A stretch of 64,000 bases of DNA from Acidimicrobiia bacterium. Its GTDB lineage: Bacteria > Actinomycetota > Acidimicrobiia > Spongiisociales > ZC4RG35. The position numbers and the translations under genes were made by a program. The notes beneath the pieces were generated by a model. The model was not told the DNA's origin. It saw nothing but the letters and a program-made list of their open reading frames with translations, and searched no databases. Each line of letters starts with the position of its first letter. Within the stretch, counting starts at the first letter, position 1. The DNA lies in the NCBI GenBank assembly GCA_036556665.1, contig DATBIX010000036.1:5068-69067 (forward strand), written 5' to 3'. Below are positions 57,132-64,000 of this stretch, piece after piece.

Positions 57132-57565
57132 GCACTATCCGGATCGCAGGGCCTACCGACCTGGGGGAGCTGATCTCGCTCTCCGAGGAGTTCTGCCTCG
57201 TCGACGGCCACCCGTTCGACCGGGCACGGGTCGAAGACGCACTGAGTCACCTACTCGCAGACGACTCCCACGGTGAGGTCTGGGTCGTGGCCGGCGAGAT
57301 GGGGCTGGAGGGCTACGTCGTCATCACCTGGGGCTTCAGCCTCGAATCGGGTGGCCGGGACGTGCTGCTCGACGAGATGTACGTGAGCGAGCCGGGCTCG
57401 GGTACGGGCTCGATCCTGCTCGACCGCGTCATCGCCCACGTCCGTGATCTCGGATTCACTTCGATCTACCTGGAGACCGAGATGGAGAATGCGGCAGCTC
57501 GCCGCTTCTACGGCAGACACGGTTTCGAGGTGGAGGACTCCGTTTGGATGTCGTTGGGCCTCTGA
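57128..57565 (+). CDS. GNAT family N-acetyltransferase; probable non-canonical (CTG) start
   Basis: The track ORF 57287..57565 covers only the C-terminal 92 aa. The same frame is open back to 57128 and encodes a proper GNAT N-terminus (LSTIRIAGPTDLGELISLSEEFCLVDGHPFD...). That stretch contains no ATG, GTG or TTG. The CTG at 57128 overlaps the upstream TGA (CTGA). Confidence 0.6.
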   Translation: MSTIRIAGPTDLGELISLSEEFCLVDGHPFDRARVEDALSHLLADDSHGEVWVVAGEMGLEGYVVITWGFSLESGGRDVLLDEMYVSEPGSGTGSILLDRVIAHVRDLGFTSIYLETEMENAAARRFYGRHGFEVEDSVWMSLGL

Positions 57566-57593
57566 GCCCGGGCTCGTGACCTAACGTGAGACG

Positions 57594-58343
57594 ATGATCC
57601 GAGTTGCCGTCTCAGGGGCGGGCGGAAAGCTGGCCACTTCGATCGCTGAGGCTGTCCTGGCCTCGTCCGACCTGGAGCTCACCTCCCTGTACAACCCGAA
57701 ACGCGCTGGAGTCGACCTGCACGGTCTGACTGTGACCGGGGACGCCGGCGAGGTCGATGGGGACGTCATCGTGGAGACCGCCCATCCCGACGTCGTCTTC
57801 GACAACCTCCGGGCCTGGCGTGCGGCGGGGATGGCGACGGTGGTGGGGACCTCGGGGTTCACCCCCGAGCGGCTCGAGGAGCTGCGTCGGATCTGGGGCA
57901 GCGATGGCCCGGTCGTGCTGGTCGTCCCCAACTTCTCGATCGGTGCGGTGCTGATGATGCGGTTTGCCGCCGAGGCAGTGTCCCATTTCGAGGCAGTCGA
58001 AGTCGTCGAGCGTCATCACTCCGACAAGCCCGACGCACCTTCGGGGACGGCTCTGGCCACGGCGATGGGGCTTTCTCGGGCGGGCGGCTCGTCGTCTGAG
58101 GGTTCGAACGAACTGGTCCCAGGGGCGCGCGGGGCCCAGGTCGAGGGGATCAGGGTCCACGCTCTTCGTCTCCCCGGGTTGATCTCACAACAGGAGGTGG
58201 CCCTCTCCAACCCTGGCGAGGTCCTCTCCATCGAGCACCTCTCGACCAGCTACCAATCCTTCGCCTCGGGCGCCATCACCGCGATCCGCGCCATCCACCG
58301 CCTTTCCCCGGGGGTGCACCTCGGGCTGGATGCAGTGCTCTAG
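57594..58343 (+). CDS. dapB: 4-hydroxy-tetrahydrodipicolinate reductase
   Basis: Motifs IRVAVSGAGGK, VVGTSGF and the hallmark ERHHSDKPDAPSGTA. Confidence 0.92.
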   Translation: MIRVAVSGAGGKLATSIAEAVLASSDLELTSLYNPKRAGVDLHGLTVTGDAGEVDGDVIVETAHPDVVFDNLRAWRAAGMATVVGTSGFTPERLEELRRIWGSDGPVVLVVPNFSIGAVLMMRFAAEAVSHFEAVEVVERHHSDKPDAPSGTALATAMGLSRAGGSSSEGSNELVPGARGAQVEGIRVHALRLPGLISQQEVALSNPGEVLSIEHLSTSYQSFASGAITAIRAIHRLSPGVHLGLDAVL

Positions 58344-58355
58344 GCCCCCTCGAGG

Positions 58356-58853
58356 TCAGAGTCCGGGGACCGTGCCTTGGGGGAGGTCGGGGAAGAAGGA
58401 GTAGACCCGCTCCCCGGTGAACAGACGCGCCTCGGGGTCCCAGGGGAAGAAGATGACGTTGCGCCAGACCATCTTCTCGCCGGTCGGCTCCAACCCGAGC
58501 CAGGGCCGGGTGAAGGTGCCGTTCACCACCGCCTCCTCACAGATCCCCTGCGGGCCGACCACGATGCTGGTCAGGGCGAAGTCGATGTCGGGGAAGGCGC
58601 CGAGCAGCTCCAGGTAGAACCGGGTGGCCCCTTCGTGGCCCTCCCACCGGTGCCCGCTCTGCACCAGCTCGTACACGCAGTCGTCGGTGAGCGTCGCCAT
58701 CAGCCCGGCGATGTCGCGATCGTTCTCGGCAAGCGAATGCGCCTTCCACAAGTCGCGCACCGCGGCGTAGTCGTCGGGGCTCTCGGCGAGCAGCCGCCTG
58801 ACGTGCTCACGCTTGCCGATTGACTCCTGGATGAGTGGGTGGGTCATCGGCAT
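58356..58853 (-). CDS. SnoaL-like / NTF2-fold (ester cyclase-like) protein
   Basis: 165 aa. The pattern ..MATLTDDCVYELV...WEGHEGATRFY..L..AFPD.. is typical of the family. Confidence 0.7.
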   Translation of the reverse strand: MPMTHPLIQESIGKREHVRRLLAESPDDYAAVRDLWKAHSLAENDRDIAGLMATLTDDCVYELVQSGHRWEGHEGATRFYLELLGAFPDIDFALTSIVVGPQGICEEAVVNGTFTRPWLGLEPTGEKMVWRNVIFFPWDPEARLFTGERVYSFFPDLPQGTVPGL

Positions 58854-58868
58854 CCGAGGCTAACCGGA

Positions 58869-59672
58869 TCAGAAGTAGAGGACGGTGAGCAGGCCGAGGG
58901 CCACGCAGTAGATGGCGAAGGGGAGTAGCCCGACCCTTCGGATGGACCGGAGCAGGATCTCGATGGCCAGGTAGCCGGAAACCGCGGCCACGGCCATGCC
59001 GACCAGCAGCTCGGCGGTGAACCCACCTGAGTCTTCGAGCGCGAACAACTGGCTGAAGCCGGCTCCGGCAATGGCGGGTATCCCGAGGAGGAAGGCAAAG
59101 CGGGCCGCTTCCGTGGGCTCGAACTTGCGCGCGTTGCCCACCGAGATGGTGACACCCGAGCGCGAGATCCCAGGGATCAGGGCCATGGCCTGTCCCAACC
59201 CGACCAGGATCGCATCGGGCACCCTGAAGTCGGCGAGTCGTCTGTGGCCGGTGGCCAGCAGCCAACCGAGGTAGAGGATGACTCCGGTCGCGGCCAGCTG
59301 CCATCCCACCGCGGCCACGGACGCTTGGAGACGCTCCACCTGTTCGGTGAGCGGTAGCCCTATCAGGACAGGGATAGTGCCTATCCCGACCAAAAGCGCG
59401 ATCTTCCTCCCTTCGGGATTGGTGCGAAACCGGAGAACAGCCGCCACATCGCGCCGGTAGTAGATGAGGATGGCGACCAGGGTGCCGAGGTGGAGCACTG
59501 CCGACACCGCCAGGGATGGGGGGTTCACGTCGATTCCCATCTCACCCAGGAAGGCAGGGAGGATGATCAGGTGGGCGGTGGATGAGACAGGGAGGAACTC
59601 GGTGAGGCCCTGGATCAGGCCCCAGATGACAGCGGAGAGCACGGCGGCACGGTAATGGTCACCCGGAGGCAA
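58869..59672 (-). CDS. uppP: undecaprenyl-diphosphate phosphatase
   Basis: Motifs GLTEFLPVSSTAHL and PGISRSG. The TTG at 59672 overlaps the upstream gene by 14 nt. GTG at 59642 is an alternative start. Confidence 0.9.
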   Translation of the reverse strand: MPPGDHYRAAVLSAVIWGLIQGLTEFLPVSSTAHLIILPAFLGEMGIDVNPPSLAVSAVLHLGTLVAILIYYRRDVAAVLRFRTNPEGRKIALLVGIGTIPVLIGLPLTEQVERLQASVAAVGWQLAATGVILYLGWLLATGHRRLADFRVPDAILVGLGQAMALIPGISRSGVTISVGNARKFEPTEAARFAFLLGIPAIAGAGFSQLFALEDSGGFTAELLVGMAVAAVSGYLAIEILLRSIRRVGLLPFAIYCVALGLLTVLYF

Positions 59673-60177
59673 CCATGACCGCGACTCTTCCCTCGGCGGC
59701 GGCGCGGGCCGCGTCGGCGGCGAGGAGGGGCTCGACCGCCACCATGCCGAGCCCGGAGCCCAACGGGTCTTCGAGAGGGGGCGTCACCACCATGCCATCC
59801 ACCGTCTCCCCGCTGTCGAGAAGCACCAGTCTCGAGGCATCACCAGCGTCGGCCCCGGCGGGGAGGTGGACTTCGATCACCCACCACCCGGCCGGCACCA
59901 CCTGCCCCACCTCACCGACCTCGAACTCGAGGATGGGATGGCCTCCTGGGATCTCCACCAGGGCGGTCGTGTCCAGGTCCACCTTTCCGAAGGTACCGGG
60001 CGGCACCGGCTTGAGCTCGGTGTTGCTCTCGTCGACCGGCTCCCCGGGAGCGATGTCCTCCAGGGCAAACGGGTGGAGGATGGTGGGGTCGGGGCGCAAC
60101 TCGACCCAGAGGGCGCCGGCCGCGATGAGACAGGACGCCACCCATCTCGCCCACGGCGGAGTCTGCAGCCAGATCAT
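59659..60177 (-). CDS. SAF-like domain membrane-anchored protein
   Basis: ATG at 60177 (MIWLQTPPWARWVASCLIAAGALWV). A beta-rich body follows. Position next to FmdB/plsY/galU matches the conserved actinobacterial SAF gene. The family call is tentative. Confidence 0.5.
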   Translation of the reverse strand: MIWLQTPPWARWVASCLIAAGALWVELRPDPTILHPFALEDIAPGEPVDESNTELKPVPPGTFGKVDLDTTALVEIPGGHPILEFEVGEVGQVVPAGWWVIEVHLPAGADAGDASRLVLLDSGETVDGMVVTPPLEDPLGSGLGMVAVEPLLAADAARAAAEGRVAVMVASG

Positions 60178-60362
60178 CGCTTCCGACGGTACGAACCCGG
60201 CCCGGCGCAGGGAAGGGCTTCGCGCCGAGCGGGTTTGAGTCGATGGATGACCGGGTAGGGAGGGCCCAAGAGGTGCGTGGACCGGCTTTCGTGAATCATC
60301 GGAGGCCACTGATCTTCCGAGAGCGGTCCACCTGCCTCCAAGCCGTGGAAAAGGAGGCACCC

Positions 60363-60527
60363 ATGAGCGGCAAGAAGAAGCTCGACTTCGATGAGTTGGA
60401 GCAGGCAGGAGAAGCGATCGCCGAGGAAGTGGAGACCCACAAGCTCCGCTCGATGATCATGCTCCTGTTGGTGGTGGCCGTTGCCACCTTCGGGATCAGG
60501 TTCCTGGTCGGTCTACGGGAGAGCTGA
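60363..60527 (+). CDS. hypothetical small tail-anchored membrane protein (54 aa)
   Basis: The ATG at 60363 is preceded by a strong SD, AAGGAGG (60351..60357). An acidic N-terminus is followed by one TM helix (MIMLLLVVAVATFGIRFLV). Confidence 0.5.
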   Translation: MSGKKKLDFDELEQAGEAIAEEVETHKLRSMIMLLLVVAVATFGIRFLVGLRES

Positions 60528-60533
60528 GCGGCT

Positions 60534-60818
60534 TCAGTCGTCAGACTTCGTGTCCGCGGACGACCCGGCGGACGATGATTTGGCGCCGGCCTTCGAGGGC
60601 TCGGCCTTCTTCGACGAGTCGCCGCCCGTCGCTTTGCCCTTGGAGCGCGAGTCGGTGCTGTAGAACCCGGAACCCTTGAAGACGACACCCCGGGCGTGGA
60701 ACACCTTCTTCAACTCGCCCCCGCAGTCCTTGTGCTTACGCAGCGGCTTGTCGGAGAACGATTGGAAGGCCTCGATCGTCTGGCCGCACTTCTTGCAGGT
60801 GTATTCGTAGGTAGGCAT
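60534..60818 (-). CDS. FmdB family zinc-ribbon protein
   Basis: MPTYEYTCKKCG....CGGELKKV, followed by GSGFY and a Ser/Lys-rich tail. Confidence 0.88.
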   Translation of the reverse strand: MPTYEYTCKKCGQTIEAFQSFSDKPLRKHKDCGGELKKVFHARGVVFKGSGFYSTDSRSKGKATGGDSSKKAEPSKAGAKSSSAGSSADTKSDD

Positions 60819-60903
60819 GTAGGACTGACCGCTGGGGTGGGTGGGACCGCGATTCTACAACTGCCCGGGAGGGTCTTCCATTCCCGGGCGCATATCATCC
60901 GCC

Positions 60904-61512
60904 ATGATGTCGACACCCCTGGCCCTGACCCTGGCCATCCTGGGCGCCTACGTAGTGGGCAGCATCGACTTCGCGGTGGTGGTCGGCCGCATGTATGGCA
61001 TCGACATCCACCAGGAGGGGAGCGGCAACCCGGGGACCTCCAACGTCCTGCGCACCCTGGGCCGGCTCCCCGCCGCCTTGGTGTTCGTGGGTGACACTCT
61101 GAAGGGCACCATCGGTGCGGCCATGGGTTGGCTGGCGTCGGGTGTCCCCGACCCTCAAGTCCATTGGGCCTTCGCCGCAGGCCTTGCCGCCGTGATCGGC
61201 CACTGTTATCCGGTGTTCCACCGCCTCAAGGGCGGGAAAGGGGTGGCCACCGGGGGTGGCGTGCTCCTGTTCACCGCCCCCATCGTTCTCCTCATCGATT
61301 TCGTCGTCTGGGTGGTCATCGTCAAGCTGACCAAGGTCGCCTCGATCGGTTCGATGGTCATCGTCGTCATCACCATCCCCCTCCTGCTCTGGCAGGGGGT
61401 GACCGGTCTGGCCTTGGTCTGGGTGTCGCTGATCATCGCCCTGGTGGTTTGGCGCCATCGGGGCAACATCAAGCGTATGGCGGCCGGTCGCGAGGAGAAG
61501 GTGCCGACTTGA
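60904..61512 (+). CDS. plsY: glycerol-3-phosphate acyltransferase PlsY
   Basis: ATG at 60904. Motifs GSIDFAV, GSGNPGTSNVLR and HCYPVFHRLKGGKGVAT. Confidence 0.9.
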   Translation: MMSTPLALTLAILGAYVVGSIDFAVVVGRMYGIDIHQEGSGNPGTSNVLRTLGRLPAALVFVGDTLKGTIGAAMGWLASGVPDPQVHWAFAAGLAAVIGHCYPVFHRLKGGKGVATGGGVLLFTAPIVLLIDFVVWVVIVKLTKVASIGSMVIVVITIPLLLWQGVTGLALVWVSLIIALVVWRHRGNIKRMAAGREEKVPT

Positions 61513-62321
61513 GCATCGACGTCGCCGTCATACCCGCGGCAGGACGGGGGACCCGGATGCGCCCTGCGACACGGGTCGTGCCCAAGGCGTTGCTCACCGT
61601 GGTCGATCGCCCCGCCATCCAGTACGCAGTCGAGGAGGCCGCCCGAGCCGGTGCCAGGGAGGCGGTGGTGGTGGTCGATCTCGACGCCGGGCACCTGATC
61701 GCACAGCATTTCAGCCTGGAAGGCCCCCTCCCGGGTCTGGAGGAGGTGCAGCTTCGGCCGGTGGTGCAGGAGGAGCCCCTCGGGCTAGGCCATGCGGTGC
61801 TCGAGGCGGCGCACATGGTGGGAGGCCGCCCCTTCTTCTGCGTCCTCTCAGACAACATCGCCCGACCCGGGCACGACGTTCTCCCCCAACTGAGCGCAGG
61901 CAGCGACAATGGCGCCTTCTCCGTGATGTGCCTTCGCGAGTTGAACGACGAATTCCTCGAGAAGTACGGGGTCGTGGTCCCGGCATCGGAGATCGCGGGC
62001 GGCTATCTCGACCTGGCCGGGGCGGTGGAGAAGCCAGGCGTGTCGGACGCCCCGTCCCGACTCGGCCTGGTCGGCCGCTACCTGTTCACGGCGGAAGTGT
62101 TCGAGATCCTGGAGAAGACCGAGCCAGGACATGGCGGCGAGATCCAGCTCACCGACGCAATCAACGAGTTGGGCCGGCGAGATCGGCTGCGCGGTTACGT
62201 GGCCGACGTGGACCTGCTCGACGTCGGCACTCCGATCGGCCTGCTCGAGGCGTCGGTCGAGTTGGGGGCGCATCAGTACGGGGATGAGTTCACCTCGTGG
62301 CTGGAGGGCTGGACGGGATGA
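61509..62321 (+). CDS. galU: UTP--glucose-1-phosphate uridylyltransferase
   Basis: The TTG at 61509 overlaps the plsY stop (TTGA). Motifs IPAAGRGTRMRPATRVVPKALL, VEKP and GRY.F...F..L. The track ORF 61128.. is over-extended. Confidence 0.85.
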   Translation: MSIDVAVIPAAGRGTRMRPATRVVPKALLTVVDRPAIQYAVEEAARAGAREAVVVVDLDAGHLIAQHFSLEGPLPGLEEVQLRPVVQEEPLGLGHAVLEAAHMVGGRPFFCVLSDNIARPGHDVLPQLSAGSDNGAFSVMCLRELNDEFLEKYGVVVPASEIAGGYLDLAGAVEKPGVSDAPSRLGLVGRYLFTAEVFEILEKTEPGHGGEIQLTDAINELGRRDRLRGYVADVDLLDVGTPIGLLEASVELGAHQYGDEFTSWLEGWTG

Positions 62322-63547
62322 AGCCTCTCGAGCAGGCCCGGTCGGAGGTGCTCAATGCAATCGGGCTCCTCGAGACCGAGGAGGTCTCGATATGGGAGGC
62401 ATTGGGCCGGGTGCTCGCCGAGGATGTCGTCTCCCTCGATGATGTCCCACCATTCCCCAACTCGGCGATGGACGGTTTCGCCGTGCGGGCCCAGGACGTG
62501 ACTTCCCCCGGGGCGATCCTCGAGGTTATCGGCGACCTGCCGGCCGGCTCCACCACCGACGTGGAGGTGAAGCCAGGTGAGGCCTTCAAGATCATGACCG
62601 GCGCCCCGCTCCCTCCCGGTGCGGACACGGTGGTCCGGGTCGAGGACACCTTCTCCGAAGGGTCCAAGGTGGTGGTCGACACCGCGGTGGATCGGGGAAC
62701 CTCGGTGCGCCCGGCGGGTGGTGACCTGACGAGAGGCCAGATGGTGTTCTCCGCCGGTACCCGCCTCACCCCGATGCATGTGGGAGTGCTGGCGACCATC
62801 GGTGTCGCCAGGCCACGGGTCTCTCGCCTGCCACGCGTCGCCTACATGTCGACCGGGGACGAGCTCACACCGGTCGAACAGCCGGGTCTGGCCCCCGGCG
62901 GGATCAGGGACTCGAACCGGCCGATGCTGAGAGCGCTTCTCGAGGAGACAGGGGTGGAGCTCATGGATCTCGGCATCGTGCCGGACGATCCTGACATCTT
63001 GCGGCGGGCCCTCGAGACAGGTTCCGAGGCGGATGTCATCGTCTCGACGGGTGGGGTATCGATGGGGGACTACGACGTGACCAAGCTCGTCCTCAGGGAC
63101 GACCAGGGCGTCGACTTCTGGCAGGTCGCCATCCAGCCGGCCAAGCCATTCGCATTCGGTCGGGTTGGATCGGCCTATTTCTTCGGGCTCCCGGGCAACC
63201 CGGTGTCGGTGTTGGTCTCCTTCGAGCAGTTTCTGCGGCCGGCCTTGCTCAAGATGCAGGGAGCCCGGCAAATGCTCCGACCCCAGCTCGCTGCCGTGGC
63301 CGGTGAGGAGTTGGTCACCGACCCGGAGAAGACGGTGTTCCTGAGGGTGGAGGTGCAGTATCTGGCCGAGGGCACTGTTGTCGTGCGCCGGTCGGGCGGC
63401 CAGGCTTCCAACGTCCTGTCGGCGGCGGCGGCTGCGGACGCCTTCGCCCTGGTGCCGCGCGGGGTGGGGACCGTCCGGGCAGGGGATCCGGTGACCATCG
63501 AGATGTTCAAGTGGGCCGAGTCGAGGGAGTGGGCAGATGGGCGATGA
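62318..63547 (+). CDS. moeA: molybdopterin molybdotransferase MoeA
   Basis: The ATG at 62318 overlaps the galU stop (ATGA). Motifs [24 protein letters not shown] and GLPGNPVS. Confidence 0.9.
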   Translation: MKPLEQARSEVLNAIGLLETEEVSIWEALGRVLAEDVVSLDDVPPFPNSAMDGFAVRAQDVTSPGAILEVIGDLPAGSTTDVEVKPGEAFKIMTGAPLPPGADTVVRVEDTFSEGSKVVVDTAVDRGTSVRPAGGDLTRGQMVFSAGTRLTPMHVGVLATIGVARPRVSRLPRVAYMSTGDELTPVEQPGLAPGGIRDSNRPMLRALLEETGVELMDLGIVPDDPDILRRALETGSEADVIVSTGGVSMGDYDVTKLVLRDDQGVDFWQVAIQPAKPFAFGRVGSAYFFGLPGNPVSVLVSFEQFLRPALLKMQGARQMLRPQLAAVAGEELVTDPEKTVFLRVEVQYLAEGTVVVRRSGGQASNVLSAAAAADAFALVPRGVGTVRAGDPVTIEMFKWAESREWADGR

Positions 63548-64000
63548 TCCCGGGCTGACTCATCTCAACGAGGCCGGCGAGGTGCACATGGTCGATGTCG
63601 GCGACAAGGAGAGCACCGAGCGCGAGGCGGTGGCCGAAGGCCACGTCGCCATGACGCCCGAACTGGCCGCTCGCTTCTTCTCCGGAGATCTGCCCAAGGG
63701 CGATGCGGCTGCGGTCGCCCGGATCGCCGGGATCACCGGGGCGAAGAGGACCTCTGACCTCATCCCCCTCTGCCATCCGATCAGCCTCACCGGGGTCGAG
63801 GTCTCGCTCGAGCCGAGTGGGCGTGGGATTCGAGTGCTTGCTACCGTTCGCACCACCGGTCGCACCGGTGTCGAGATGGAGGCCATGACCGCTGTCGCCG
63901 TGGCCGCTCTCACCATCTACGACATGGTGAAAGGCGTCGAGCGAGGCGTCACGGTGGAGTCGATCGGTCTGTTGCGCAAGACGGGTGGAAGGTCTGGCAC
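63537..64000 (+). CDS. moaC: cyclic pyranopterin monophosphate synthase MoaC, 3'-truncated by the window edge
   Basis: Hand translation from ATG 63537: [24 protein letters not shown]...DLIPLCHP...[21 protein letters not shown]. It overlaps moeA by 11 nt. It is not in the ORF track because there is no in-window stop. Confidence 0.88.
   Translation, partial: MGDDPGLTHLNEAGEVHMVDVGDKESTEREAVAEGHVAMTPELAARFFSGDLPKGDAAAVARIAGITGAKRTSDLIPLCHPISLTGVEVSLEPSGRGIRVLATVRTTGRTGVEMEAMTAVAVAALTIYDMVKGVERGVTVESIGLLRKTGGRSG

Noticed and set aside
1-64000. CRISPR arrays, tRNA/rRNA genes, IS elements, integrases, prophage or toxin-antitoxin modules
   Set aside because: I scanned the intergenic regions and the ORF list. 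I found no repeat-spacer structure, no cloverleaf-like candidates in the few gaps over 80 bp, and no transposase, integrase or TA-like ORFs.

Overview
High-GC (roughly two-thirds G+C by eye), densely packed chromosomal segment. Its gene content points to Actinomycetota, possibly Acidimicrobiia-like (inference): F420-type LLM oxidoreductase, ino1, class E sortase, a DUF4190/DUF2752 pair, an mprAB-pepD-like module and the SAF-FmdB-plsY-galU-moeA-moaC synteny. I support about 69 protein-coding genes. Most ORF-track starts had to be trimmed, because the track gives the longest possible ORF. I saw no rRNA, tRNA, CRISPR array, transposase, integrase or prophage gene.

Main blocks:
- orphan sufB
- tandem CNNM/CorC transporters
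- OmpR-type response regulator, histidine kinase and HtrA protease
- a cobalamin riboswitch driving btuFCD-like genes plus cobO
- a 1004-aa cyclase-homology/NB-ARC/TPR STAND protein behind an APH-type kinase
- rlmN
- an F420 LLM oxidoreductase and a GGT-family protein
- two translationally coupled membrane HD-GYP/HD proteins behind a 466-bp intergenic region
- crotonase, sortase E, TlpA and acnA
- a SufR-like regulator divergent from mrp
- a polyamine uptake/catabolism cluster (potABCD, amidohydrolase, transaminase, FAD oxidase)
- a ureohydrolase, two ALDHs, a transaminase and a GNAT
- dapB and uppP
- the galU-moeA-moaC region

I cannot point to a clearly novel multi-gene system. The best candidates for follow-up are:
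- the output-less cyclase-STAND-TPR protein
- the paired HD-GYP/degenerate-HD membrane proteins with their long leader
- a terminator-containing leader upstream of a secreted M23 peptidase
- two genes that seem to initiate at CTG inside CTGA stop/start overlaps

All family assignments come from motif recognition by eye, not from database searches.
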